From: Pseudomonadota bacterium
GTDB taxonomy: Bacteria > Pseudomonadota > Alphaproteobacteria > Kiloniellales > J153
DNA length: 64,000 nt
Direction: 5' to 3'
Assembly (NCBI GenBank): GCA_022572685.1
Contig: JACZVL010000001.1
Location: forward strand, 3,914-67,913
Shown: positions 9,571 through 18,603 of the stretch, piece after piece
Layout: every line of letters starts with the position of its first letter
How positions within the stretch are numbered: position 1 is the first letter of the stretch
Notes under the pieces: model-generated
The model's input: only the letters and a program-made list of their open reading frames with translations
Database searches by the model: none
Told to the model about the DNA's origin: nothing
Made by a program: the position numbers and the translations under genes

Positions 9571-9621
9571 CCGTGGTTCCTGTCTGGCCGTGGTTCCTGT
9601 TTGGCCGTGGTTCCTGTCTGG
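9571..9621. repeat. Tandem repeat, 3 x 17 bp (CCGTGGTTCCTGT[C/T]TGG), starting 2 nt upstream of the GntR start codon
   Basis: Read directly. On the coding (minus) strand each unit reads CCAGACAGGAACCACGG, so each contains an AGGAA Shine-Dalgarno-like core. Confidence 0.9.
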
Positions 9622-9742
9622 GCCGCGCCGGCTTGTCGACCATCGCGCCATGGCGCAGCAAAGACCTCAGCTTATACCCCAGATTCCAATAAATCCCAGA
9701 TCCCCCAGAAATCTCCCTAGGTTGTACAATATTATTGTATAA

Positions 9743-9752
9743 TGGTATACCA
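9743..9752. promoter_or_regulatory. Perfect 10-bp palindrome TGGTATACCA (FadR-type GntR operator candidate) in a divergent promoter region
   Basis: Fits the T.GT...AC.A type consensus known for FadR-subfamily GntR operators. Lies between the GntR gene (-) and the hydrolase gene (+), next to TTGTACAA at 9722-9729. Confidence 0.4.
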
Positions 9753-9786
9753 TAAATAAATCGAAGCACAACAAGGAGCTGGACTG

Positions 9787-10563
9787 TTGTCCCCAAATAT
9801 TCGATTCTTGGTCGAGGGTGAAGGTGATCCCATTACGTTAATTCACGGTGTCGGCTCTAATCTTGAGAGCTGGGATCAGGTCGTCCAGCGTCTACAGGCT
9901 AAATTCTCGGTGCTCCGCATGGATTTGCGGGGGCAGGGCCAATCGAGAGGCATCACCGCCGACTGCACGCTGGAGGATTTCGTCGCCGATGTCCTCGGTG
10001 CCATGGACGCGGCTGGCTTCGGTAAATCCGATCTCATCGGATTTTCCCTTGGCGGAATGATCGCACAACTGTTCGCCCTCACCCATCCGGAACGGGTTGA
10101 CCGCCTCGCCCTTATCAGTGCCGTCGCTGGGCGCACGCCGGAAGAAAAGCAGCGGCTCGCGCAAAGGGCCACAAAGATACGTGAAGAAGGCGTTGGATCG
10201 GTGATCGGCGCCTCCGCCCAGCGCTGGTTTACCGACGCGTTTCTCCGGGCCCATCCCGAGAAGGTGGAACAACGGCTCAAGGAGCTGCTTGAAAACGATC
10301 CGGCATCCTATGCCGAGGCCTATCGTATCTTTGCGGAAAGCGATGTCGGGGACCGTATACACGGCATCCGTCACCGGACTCTGATCGCCACCGGCGAACA
10401 TGATGTCGGCTCCAATCCCCGTATGGCGCGTTTCATGCACGATCAGATCTCGAATTCCGAATTGGTTATCTTTCCGGACCTTCGACACAGCCTTTTGGTC
10501 GAGGCTCCGGATCAGGTCGCCGACCTCATATCGAAATTTCTCGGTGGGCGCTCTCACCCTTGA
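9787..10563 (+). CDS. Alpha/beta-fold hydrolase (3-oxoadipate enol-lactonase-like)
   Basis: 258 aa with TTG start. Contains oxyanion HGVGS, the nucleophile elbow GFSLGG and a C-terminal histidine region (DLRHSLLVE). Confidence 0.85.
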   Translation: MSPNIRFLVEGEGDPITLIHGVGSNLESWDQVVQRLQAKFSVLRMDLRGQGQSRGITADCTLEDFVADVLGAMDAAGFGKSDLIGFSLGGMIAQLFALTHPERVDRLALISAVAGRTPEEKQRLAQRATKIREEGVGSVIGASAQRWFTDAFLRAHPEKVEQRLKELLENDPASYAEAYRIFAESDVGDRIHGIRHRTLIATGEHDVGSNPRMARFMHDQISNSELVIFPDLRHSLLVEAPDQVADLISKFLGGRSHP

Positions 10564-10861
10564 CCTTGGTGGCGATGTCTCGACGGGCGAATTCGAACGC
10601 CGGTCGAAATGGATGGCGGAGGTCGGTGGATGGACGACGTCGCGATCGCGCGATCGCTCTTCCACGGGTTTGCGGACTCCACCATCGCTACGAGCGACCG
10701 GCCGCCTGAACGCCGACCTCCTCACCCCCCGCGGACAGCAACCGTACACACGTCCCCGACCGTGTTGTCCGGATCGAGAATATCATCCACAACCTGGCCG
10801 TCGCGCACCGCCGGTTCCGTCATCCTCTACGATCGATGGTACAGGTGACCCAATCGGGATT

Positions 10862-11059
10862 CTATCGATCGCCTTGCAGCTTGTTCAAGGCGCGACGGAG
10901 GGCCCGCCCGGCGGCCCAGGCCTTGTCTTCCCCGCGGGCGATCTGCCTGGCCTCGTCGACGACGACGCGCGCGGCCTTGGCCGCCGTTTCCCTCACCCGG
11001 GGGTTGGAGGCCAGTTTTTGCGCCGCGTAGCGGGCGATATGGCGCAGGAGGAAAGGCAT
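10862..11059 (-). CDS. Hypothetical small helical protein (65 aa)
   Basis: Only plausible ORF in the 660-bp gap. ATG start and a composition not dominated by Arg/Pro, unlike the shadow ORFs. No family recognised. Confidence 0.3.
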   Translation of the reverse strand: MPFLLRHIARYAAQKLASNPRVRETAAKAARVVVDEARQIARGEDKAWAAGRALRRALNKLQGDR

Positions 11060-11225
11060 GGCGGCACATTAACCAATCGGGTGTGGCTCGTCAAAATCCC
11101 GGGATTCCGGTATTTTACCTGGATTATTATCAGCGCTCTTTGGCATGAGTCGATCCGAGCAGCCTATGTCTCGGTCTGGACGGGGGAGGGGCGCGTCACG
11201 AAGGAGTGGAATCGCGACAGACTCC

Positions 11226-13106
11226 TCATGAACCCCCCGCCGTCACCCGCTTGTTTTTCAGCACCGCGTAAATCACCGCGATCGCTCCGAGAACCAGAGC
11301 CACCGCCTTGACCTCCATGGCCGGCCATATGAAGCAGGTGCCGACCAGGAAACAGAGAAGACGCTCGACCAAGCCCAGCCGGTCCAGCGCCCAGCCCTGG
11401 ACGCCGGATATGATGAAGGCGAAGCCGATGGCGACGGCCAGGGTGTTCAGCGCGATGACCTCCGCGGTGCCGAACAGCAGCAGCGACGGCGTGAAGACGA
11501 TGAGGAACGGCAGCAGATAGGGCACGGCGCTCATCTTCATGCCGACGAAGGCGGTCTCCCAGACGTTGGCGCCGGCAATCTGGGCGCCGGCGAAGATGGC
11601 CAGGCAGACCGGCGGCGTGATGTGCGACAGCAGGGCGAAATAGAACACGAACATGTTGGCCACCAGGGGGTCGACCCCCTGCGCGGTCAGGGCCGGCACG
11701 CCGGCCACCGAAACCAGGATGTAGGCCGCGACCGTGTTCATGCCCATGCCCAGGACCATGCAGGCCAGCCCGACCAGAAACAGGGTTCCGAGAAAATAGC
11801 CGCCGGACATCGAAATGATCGCGCTGCTGACGTTCAGGCCGAGCCCGGTGATCAGAAAGCCGCCGATCACGAAGCCGACGGTCGCGCAGGTGACGACGAT
11901 CAGAACGGCGCTCTTGGCGCCGGTCTCCAGCGCTTCGAGAATCTCCCGGGGCCCGAGCCGGGTCTCCTTGCGCAGCCAGGAAATGATCACCGTGAAGACG
12001 ATGGCGTAAAATGCCGCCCGGACCGGCGAGAAGCCATAAACCAGGGCGCCGATCAGGACCGCCAGCGGCGACATCAGGTGCCCGCCCTTGAGCATGACCT
12101 TGAGGAAATCAGGTTTTTCGTGTCTGGGGATACCGGCCAGCCCGGTCTTGCTGGCCTCCAGGTGGATGAACCAGAGCAGGCCGCCGAAATAGAGCAGCGC
12201 CGGGATCAGACTCGCCATCGCGACCTTGACGTAGGGCACGCCGCTGTAGGCCGCCAGGATGAAGGCGGTGGCGCCCAGGATCGGCGGCATGATCTGGCCG
12301 CCGTTCGACGCCAGGGCCTCGACCGCCCCGGCGACCGCCGGCCGGTAGCCCAACCGCTTCATCATCGGGATCGTGAACTGGCCGGTGGTATAGACGTTGG
12401 CGACCGTGGACCCGGTAACCGAACCGATCATCCCCGACGAAAATATCGCGACCTTGGCCGGGCCGCCTCTGGTGTGACCGGCGATGGAGTTGGCAAGGTC
12501 GATGAAGAATTGGGAGACACCGGCCCTCTCGGCGAAGGCGCCGAAGATGATGAACAGCACGATATAGGTCGCCGCGACACCCAGGGCGATCCCCCAAATG
12601 CCGTTGTCGGTCAAATAGATGTAGTCGAGCATGTGCTCGAAGGTATAGGCCCGGTGCTGCAGCACGAGAAACGGCGAATACTCGCCGTAGTATGTGTATA
12701 AAAGCGCGACCGCCGCCACGATGACCAGCGGCCAGCCCAGTAGCCGCCGGGTCGCCTCGAGGATAAGCAGGGAGGCGAGCACCCCGAAAGTCATCTGCAG
12801 GTCGGTCACCGGGAAAGACGGCGTCATCGGCCATCGATTGGCCAGGTAGTCGCTGTTGAAGGTGATGTAACCGATGACCGGGACCGCCAATAGCGCCAGT
12901 CCCCAGTCATAAAGCGGCACCGGGGCGTCCCGATCTCGGTCCTTGGCGGAGGCGCGCACCGTCAGGAAGGTCAGGATCAAAGCCAACATGACCGGGACCG
13001 AGCGCTGAACGTAAGGATAGAATGTGCCGAAATAGGCGGTGTAGATGTGAAACGTCGACAGGCCGATGGCAATCAGCCGGACGATGTAGGGCGTAATCAG
13101 ATTCAT
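11226..13106 (-). CDS. TRAP transporter fused permease (4TM/12TM fusion, TAXI-associated type)
   Basis: 626-aa polytopic membrane protein immediately downstream of a TAXI receptor gene. Confidence 0.9.
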   Translation of the reverse strand: MNLITPYIVRLIAIGLSTFHIYTAYFGTFYPYVQRSVPVMLALILTFLTVRASAKDRDRDAPVPLYDWGLALLAVPVIGYITFNSDYLANRWPMTPSFPVTDLQMTFGVLASLLILEATRRLLGWPLVIVAAVALLYTYYGEYSPFLVLQHRAYTFEHMLDYIYLTDNGIWGIALGVAATYIVLFIIFGAFAERAGVSQFFIDLANSIAGHTRGGPAKVAIFSSGMIGSVTGSTVANVYTTGQFTIPMMKRLGYRPAVAGAVEALASNGGQIMPPILGATAFILAAYSGVPYVKVAMASLIPALLYFGGLLWFIHLEASKTGLAGIPRHEKPDFLKVMLKGGHLMSPLAVLIGALVYGFSPVRAAFYAIVFTVIISWLRKETRLGPREILEALETGAKSAVLIVVTCATVGFVIGGFLITGLGLNVSSAIISMSGGYFLGTLFLVGLACMVLGMGMNTVAAYILVSVAGVPALTAQGVDPLVANMFVFYFALLSHITPPVCLAIFAGAQIAGANVWETAFVGMKMSAVPYLLPFLIVFTPSLLLFGTAEVIALNTLAVAIGFAFIISGVQGWALDRLGLVERLLCFLVGTCFIWPAMEVKAVALVLGAIAVIYAVLKNKRVTAGGS

Positions 13107-13174
13107 GGCGGACTCCCCGGCGGCGGCGCGGGTCGAGAGTCAGCCGGGCGCGCCGCCGCGATAGGAGCTTAGTC

Positions 13175-13313
13175 TAGAGCAGATCGGGGTTGATTCGAAT
13201 CGCCGATGGCGATCCGATCAACCGCGTGAATCTGCTCTACACTATCGATGTAGACCGGATTCACAGGATTGATCGAACCCACCAGTGGGTTCGATCAATC
13301 CTGATCCGGTCTA
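13175..13313. repeat. Two adjacent long imperfect palindromes (intercistronic stem-loops) between the TAXI receptor and permease genes
   Basis: Hairpin 1 spans 13175-13239, with outer arms TAGAGCAGAT/ATCTGCTCTA and inner arms GTTGAT..ATCGCC/GGCGAT..ATCAAC. Hairpin 2 spans 13251-13313, with arms TAGACCGGAT-TCACAGGATTGATCGAACCC / GGGTTCGATCAATCCTGATCCGGTCTA, and overlaps the receptor stop codon. Confidence 0.8.
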
Positions 13314-14324
13314 GGGCATGTAGCCGTTTTCTTTGTAGAACTTGATAGCGCCGGGATGCAGCGGCGCGGTGCCGACGTTCTGCCAGGCGACCTCCGGCCG
13401 GTAGTACTTGTGCATCCTGTGCACTTTCCAGAACTCTTCCTTGTGGGCGGCCAACGCCGCCGTCATCTTGTAGACCAGATCGTCGGACAGGCCGGTCCTG
13501 ACGCCGAAGGTGACGATCGTCGCCGGCGACCAGTAGGCGTCATTGGTGCCGTTGTTGTCGGCGTAGATGTCGGCCGGAACCTCCATGATATCCTGGCCGA
13601 ATTTCTTCGCGACCTGCTCGGCGACTTCCTTGCTGAGCGGCAACAGCCTGAACGGCCTCTTGGCGCCTAACTTTATGTACTGAGAATGGGGGAAATAGGA
13701 CCCGCCGGTAAACCACATGTCGACCAGGCCGTCCATCATCATCCGGATACCCTCGCCAATGGACGTGAAGATGACCTTGCCGCCCATCGACTCGATTTTC
13801 TCGACGGTGAGGCCGTAGGCCTCGAGCATGGCCAGCGCCTGACCGGTGGCGAGCTGGTGGCGCTCGAACATCGCGATCTTGATCGGGTAATTTTTCTCCA
13901 GAATTTCTTCGAAGGTCTTGATACCGGCGGACTCGACGATCACCGCTTGCGCGGCGCCGGGCTGGCGGAACGCCGCCAGCATGCGGAAGTCGTACTTCTT
14001 GCCGGTCGGTCCGGTGCCTTCCCAGGCCATGCTGGCCAAAGCGTTTTCGAGCACCGCGATGTCGGCGGTTTCGGCCGCGGCGTCGATCCGTTCGATGTTG
14101 GCCCAACCGCCCCCCGGAATCACCGTCGTCGAGGTGCCGGGAATTTCGGCCTTGATGTATTCCGCGAAGGCCGCGGCGGCCTTGAAATAGCCACCACCGG
14201 GCGACCCGGCGGTCAATGTGAGGCTTTCGCCGGCGAAAGCGGGTCCGGACCAGCCGAAAGCAAGAAGTATGGCCGCCGCGGCCGCGCGCCGCACCGTCAT
14301 CGTGATCTCATGTCGAATAGCCAT
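13311..14324 (-). CDS. TRAP transporter solute receptor, TAXI family
   Basis: 337 aa with a signal peptide (AAAAILLAFGWSGPAFA). Contains the TAXI-type motifs LTAGSPGGGYF and GGGWANIERI. Confidence 0.9.
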   Translation of the reverse strand: MAIRHEITMTVRRAAAAAILLAFGWSGPAFAGESLTLTAGSPGGGYFKAAAAFAEYIKAEIPGTSTTVIPGGGWANIERIDAAAETADIAVLENALASMAWEGTGPTGKKYDFRMLAAFRQPGAAQAVIVESAGIKTFEEILEKNYPIKIAMFERHQLATGQALAMLEAYGLTVEKIESMGGKVIFTSIGEGIRMMMDGLVDMWFTGGSYFPHSQYIKLGAKRPFRLLPLSKEVAEQVAKKFGQDIMEVPADIYADNNGTNDAYWSPATIVTFGVRTGLSDDLVYKMTAALAAHKEEFWKVHRMHKYYRPEVAWQNVGTAPLHPGAIKFYKENGYMP

Positions 14325-14518
14325 GGATTTTCCTCCCGATTTGTAGCGGCCCGTCGTTTTTCATTTTGCCGCGGAAACCGCCACCCCAGGGGACGGAACC
14401 GGCTAGTTTGTCGGCCGCGTGCGCTTGTCTGCGCGATCACAATCAAAAATAGCGCCGCGTCATTGCTAAACGTTGTACCATTTCATCCAATGTCCGACCT
14501 ATAAGGCAAATTCAAAGA

Positions 14519-14552
14519 ATAGATATCACATATAGAGTTTCTATATATCTAT
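14519..14552. promoter_or_regulatory. Inverted repeat ATAGATAT-N18-ATATCTAT in the TAXI-TRAP promoter region
   Basis: Read directly in AT-rich DNA upstream of 14324 (-). Adjacent to AATTCAAAGAA at 14509-14519, a motif shared with the LysR divergent promoter. Confidence 0.3.
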
Positions 14553-14597
14553 CTGCGCCCCTGCCACTCATGGGGGGATCGGCTGCCGCGGTCGCCG

Positions 14598-15467
14598 CTA
14601 AACCGATCTCATTTCTTCCGCAAGCTCGAAGAACGCACGTATGGCCCGGTTGTCCTTGCGCTCCTCCAGGCACACGACGTTCACCTGGGCGACGAAATCG
14701 ACATCGCGGATGCGAAGCTTGCACACCGACTGCTCCGGAATCAGCCCCTCGTCGAAGATCATCGCCACACCCACGTTCAGCGCCGCCGCCGCGACCGTCC
14801 CTTCCCGGCTGCCGATCTCGATCACACTGCCGGGTTTCAGGTTGTGGTGCCGCTCCATCTCAACATAGATGCGCCGCAACTCGGACCCGGACTCCCGGAG
14901 AATCAAGGGCTGGCCGTTCAGCTCCCGTACGTCGATCGACTTGCGCCGGCTCCACGGGTGCGTCTTGCCGACGATGGCGATCAGGCGGGACTGGTTGTAG
15001 GCCAAGGTATGAAACTCGGCGCGCCGTTCGACGCGGCTGAACACGGCGATGTCGATGGCATGCCCGAGGATATCGTCCTGAAGCCGCTGGGAATTGGCGA
15101 AACCGAGAGACGAATCGAGATCCGGATAGCGCTGATGAAAGGCCGAGAGCAACTCGATCACGTGGTAGGGGCCGTAGGCGCCGATTCGCATCTGTCCGGT
15201 GTGCAGACCCTGAACCGCCTGCAGATATTCCACGGCATCTTGCTGGTTCGCATAAATTCGCCGGACGATCGACAGCAACTCCTGCCCGGTCGCGGTGAGG
15301 CTTACGCCCCGGCCGTGCCGGTGAAAGAGCTCGACTCCGTAGAGCGTTTCCAAGTCCTTGACTTGCGTGGTGACCGTTGGTTGGCTGACGTTCAGGGCCT
15401 TGGCGGCGGCTGTGAAACTGCCGGCGTTGGCGACCGCAAGAAAGGCCCGAGCCTGGGTCGGAGACAT
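14598..15467 (-). CDS. LysR-family transcriptional regulator
   Basis: 289 aa. N-terminal HTH (FLAVANAGSFTAAAKALNVSQPTVTTQVKDLE) followed by a LysR substrate-binding domain. Confidence 0.9.
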   Translation of the reverse strand: MSPTQARAFLAVANAGSFTAAAKALNVSQPTVTTQVKDLETLYGVELFHRHGRGVSLTATGQELLSIVRRIYANQQDAVEYLQAVQGLHTGQMRIGAYGPYHVIELLSAFHQRYPDLDSSLGFANSQRLQDDILGHAIDIAVFSRVERRAEFHTLAYNQSRLIAIVGKTHPWSRRKSIDVRELNGQPLILRESGSELRRIYVEMERHHNLKPGSVIEIGSREGTVAAAALNVGVAMIFDEGLIPEQSVCKLRIRDVDFVAQVNVVCLEERKDNRAIRAFFELAEEMRSV

Positions 15468-15495
15468 AGAATGAACCTATAGCTTTCATATTATT

Positions 15496-15536
15496 TTTGA
15501 ATTTGATGTATACCACGCCCTTGGCAAGAATTCAAA
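15496..15536. promoter_or_regulatory. Inverted repeat TTTGAATT-N25-AATTCAAA in the LysR/flavoprotein divergent promoter
   Basis: Read directly. The right arm is part of AATTCAAAGAA (15529-15539), which is also found at 14509-14519. Confidence 0.3.
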
Positions 15537-15593
15537 GAAAGCCGGCCTTCCCCTGACGGCCGGTGAATCGTTTCCCACGAAACAGGCGAGGTC

Positions 15594-17237
15594 ATGGCGC
15601 AGAACGCTCGGCAAGGAAACAGCGGCGACCGCTGGGACGAGGCGTTCGACGTCGTGGTGGTGGGTTACGGCTACGCCGGCGCGGTTGCCGCCATCGAGGC
15701 GCATGATGCCGGCAGCAGGGTCCTGCTGATCGAGAAGATGCCCGACCCGGGCGGTATCTCGATCTGCTCGGGCGGGAACGTCCGCACCGCCGAGGACGCC
15801 GACCAGGCCTTCGAATATTTGAAGGTGACCTGCGCCGGCACGACGCCCGACGATGTCTTGCGCGTGCTTGCCGAGGGCATGACCGAGGTGCCCGCCTATT
15901 TGGAGCGGCTCGCCCAAGTAAGCGGGGCGACGCTGGATTGGCGATCGGCCAGCGGGAACTATCCGTTCCCGGGAATCGACACCTTCGGATACATAAGTAT
16001 CGGCAGCGTGCCGGATTTCGATCCGGCGGAATGCTATCCGCACGTCAGCAGCTACCTGCCGATCCACCGGGCGGCCGGGGTCCGCCTGTTCAAGGTTATC
16101 GAGGACAATCTCGCCCAGCGCGAGGTCGCGATCTGGCTCGAGGCCAGGGCCGAACGGCTGCTCCGCGGTCCCGAGGGCGACATCGGCGGCCTGGTCATCG
16201 CGACCAGGGACGGCGAGAAGCGGGTCAAGGTGGCGCGCGGCGTTATTCTGGCCTGCGGCGGCTTCGAAGCCGACGCCGAGATGCAGCGCCAGTTCTGGCC
16301 GGAGAAACCGGTCCTGCTGGCCGCTTTCCTCGGCAGCACCGGGGACGGCATCCGCATGGCGCAAGCCGTGGGCGCCGATCTGTGGCACATGTGGAACTAT
16401 CACGGCACCTATGGCTTCAAGCATCCCGACCCCGACTACCCATACGGTATCCGGTCCAAGCGCCTGCCCGACTGGACACCCGGCCGGCCGCCGCGCAGCG
16501 ACGTGAAGATGCCCTGGATCGTGATCGACCAGGCGGGGCGGCGCTACATGAACGAGTACCCGCCCTACATGCAGGACACGGCGCATCGGGCGATGGCGGC
16601 GTTCGACACGCTGACCCAGAGCTACCAGCGGATTCCCTCCTACATCGTCCTCGACGACGACGCGCGCGGCACCTATCCCCTCTGCTCGCCGACCTTCAAC
16701 GACCGCGGCATGTCCTTCGAGTACGGCGATGAGGCGCTGCGCGCGCTGGAAGACCGCATCGTCTTCCAGGCCGACTCGATCGAGGACCTGGCCGGTAAGC
16801 TGGGAGCGGAGGAAGCGGCTCTGCGCGCGACCATCGAGCGCTGGAACACGCTGTGCGACGCCGGGGAGGACGTGGACTTCGGCCGCCCCTCGCCGTCCAT
16901 GATGAAGATCGCCAAGCCGCCGTTCCACTATGCCCAGGTCTGGCCGATTTGCTCGAACACCCATGGCGGGCCGGTCCATAACGCGCAACAGCAGATCATG
17001 GACGTATTCGGCCAGCCGATCCCGCGGCTCTACGCGGCCGGCGAAATGGGCGGGGTGTTCGGGCATCTCTATCTGGCCGGGGGCAACATGGCCGAATGTT
17101 TCGTCGGCGGCTGGATCGCCGGCCGCCACGCGGCGGGCCTGGAGCCATGGGGGGTGAGCGTCATGGCATCGGTCCCTGACCGGGAGAGGCCGGCGCTTCG
17201 GGAACCGCGGCCGGCGCGGGGAGCCACGCGGGCATGA
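15594..17237 (+). CDS. FAD-dependent oxidoreductase (fumarate reductase/succinate dehydrogenase flavoprotein-like, KstD-like)
   Basis: 547 aa. Contains the dinucleotide fold DVVVVGYGYAGAVAAIEA and the C-terminal LYAAGEMGG motif. ATGA overlap with the next gene. Confidence 0.85.
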   Translation: MAQNARQGNSGDRWDEAFDVVVVGYGYAGAVAAIEAHDAGSRVLLIEKMPDPGGISICSGGNVRTAEDADQAFEYLKVTCAGTTPDDVLRVLAEGMTEVPAYLERLAQVSGATLDWRSASGNYPFPGIDTFGYISIGSVPDFDPAECYPHVSSYLPIHRAAGVRLFKVIEDNLAQREVAIWLEARAERLLRGPEGDIGGLVIATRDGEKRVKVARGVILACGGFEADAEMQRQFWPEKPVLLAAFLGSTGDGIRMAQAVGADLWHMWNYHGTYGFKHPDPDYPYGIRSKRLPDWTPGRPPRSDVKMPWIVIDQAGRRYMNEYPPYMQDTAHRAMAAFDTLTQSYQRIPSYIVLDDDARGTYPLCSPTFNDRGMSFEYGDEALRALEDRIVFQADSIEDLAGKLGAEEAALRATIERWNTLCDAGEDVDFGRPSPSMMKIAKPPFHYAQVWPICSNTHGGPVHNAQQQIMDVFGQPIPRLYAAGEMGGVFGHLYLAGGNMAECFVGGWIAGRHAAGLEPWGVSVMASVPDRERPALREPRPARGATRA

Positions 17238-18109
17238 AGCCGCCGCCGTTCCACTATCACGATCCGCGAAGCCTGGACCAGGCGCTGGCCCTGCTCGCCA
17301 GCCGGGACAACGCCAAACTCCTGGCCGGCGGACAATCGCTCATGCCGATGCTGAACATGCGCTTTGCGCAACCCGACGACATCATCGACCTCAATCGCAT
17401 CGAGGAGCTATCCTTTGTCCGCCACACCGAGGGCGGCAGGATCGAGATCGGCGCCATGACCCGGCAGCGCGAGCTGGCGGACGCCGCGGTGATCCACGAC
17501 CGCTGCCCACTCATGTGCGAGGCCCTGCGCCACGTCGGCCACCGGGCGACCCGCAACCGGGGCACCATCGGCGGCAGCCTGTGTCATCTCGACCCGGCGG
17601 CGGAACTGCCGGTGGTGGCCATGGCGCTCGATGCCACGGTCCACGTCCAGAGCCGGCGCGGCGCCCGCACGCTGGCGATGGCTGAATTCCCGGCCTTTTA
17701 CATGACTCCGGCGATCGAACCCGACGAGATCGTCACCAAAATCAGCTTCGAGCCCTGGCCGGCCGGGCACGGCGCCGCCTTCGTCGAGTTCGCCCGCCGC
17801 CACGGCGATTTCGCGGTGGTCGCGGTGGCGGTGTTGCTGGAGTTGGGCGGCGACGGCGCGATCCACCGCGCTTCGGTGGTTCTTGGCGGCGTCGGGCCGG
17901 GACCGTTGCGGTGTGCGGCGGTGGAGGCCGCGGTGACGGGAAGCCGCGGCGGCTCGGCGTTTCAGGAGGCGGCCGCCACCTGCGGTGAGATCGACGCCAT
18001 GGAGGACGTTCATGCCTCTTCGGCCTACCGGCGGCATCTGGCCGAGGTCTTGACCCACCGGGCGCTTGATACTGCCTTTACCCGGGCCGGCGGAGAACGC
18101 GCCTCATGA
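17234..18109 (+). CDS. Molybdenum hydroxylase FAD-binding medium subunit (CoxM/XdhB-like)
   Basis: 291 aa. Contains LLAGGQSLMPMLNMR and RGTIGGSLCHLDPAAE. Confidence 0.9.
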   Translation: MKPPPFHYHDPRSLDQALALLASRDNAKLLAGGQSLMPMLNMRFAQPDDIIDLNRIEELSFVRHTEGGRIEIGAMTRQRELADAAVIHDRCPLMCEALRHVGHRATRNRGTIGGSLCHLDPAAELPVVAMALDATVHVQSRRGARTLAMAEFPAFYMTPAIEPDEIVTKISFEPWPAGHGAAFVEFARRHGDFAVVAVAVLLELGGDGAIHRASVVLGGVGPGPLRCAAVEAAVTGSRGGSAFQEAAATCGEIDAMEDVHASSAYRRHLAEVLTHRALDTAFTRAGGERAS

Positions 18110-18603
18110 CCGAGACCCGCAAGATCGAGATGACGGTCAACGGCGTCCGCCACCAGCTCGAGATCGAGACCCGGGTCACCCTGGCCGACTGCCTGCGCCA
18201 TCACTTGGGCCTCACCGGTACCCACCTGGGCTGCGAGCACGGCGTCTGCGGTGCCTGCACGATACTCGTCGATGGCCAGGCGGCGCGCAGCTGCCTGATG
18301 CTCGCGGTGCAGGCCGACGGCGCCGCGATCGCCACGGTCGAGGGCCTGGCCGGCGATGACGGCACGCTTCACCCGTTGCAGCAAGCGTTCCACGACAACC
18401 ACGGACTGCAATGCGGCTTCTGCACCCCAGGCATGCTGATGACCCTGGTCGAATTCCTGGAGTCCAACCCCGATCCGAGCGAGACGGAGGTGCGCGAGGC
18501 GCTATCCGGCAACCTGTGCCGCTGCACCGGCTACCAGGGGATCGTGGCCGCGGCGCTCGATGCGGCCCAGCGGATGCGGGCGCAAGCGGTGGGCTTGTCA
18601 TGA
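18106..18603 (+). CDS. Molybdenum hydroxylase [2Fe-2S] small subunit (CoxS-like)
   Basis: 165 aa. Cys clusters [10 protein letters not shown] and CGFCTPGM...CRCTGY. Confidence 0.9.
   Translation: MTETRKIEMTVNGVRHQLEIETRVTLADCLRHHLGLTGTHLGCEHGVCGACTILVDGQAARSCLMLAVQADGAAIATVEGLAGDDGTLHPLQQAFHDNHGLQCGFCTPGMLMTLVEFLESNPDPSETEVREALSGNLCRCTGYQGIVAAALDAAQRMRAQAVGLS

Noticed and set aside
10642-10657. 16-bp perfect palindrome GCGATCGCGCGATCGC downstream of the hydrolase gene
   Set aside because: It has no loop, so it is not a terminator hairpin. It is a single occurrence in the window, and GC-rich self-complementary runs are expected by chance in this composition.
10725-10823. 32-aa minus-strand ORF (MTEPAVRDGQVVDDILDPDNTVGDVCTVAVRGG) with a GAGG upstream, considered as a possible small peptide or RiPP precursor
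   Set aside because: It is too short to evaluate, has no neighbouring maturation enzymes, and has no conservation evidence available here.
15486-17129. 547-aa ORF antisense to the FAD-dependent oxidoreductase
   Set aside because: Mirror-image ORF of almost identical length to the real gene. It has no dinucleotide-binding or other motif, whereas the plus strand has DVVVVGYGYAGAVAA.
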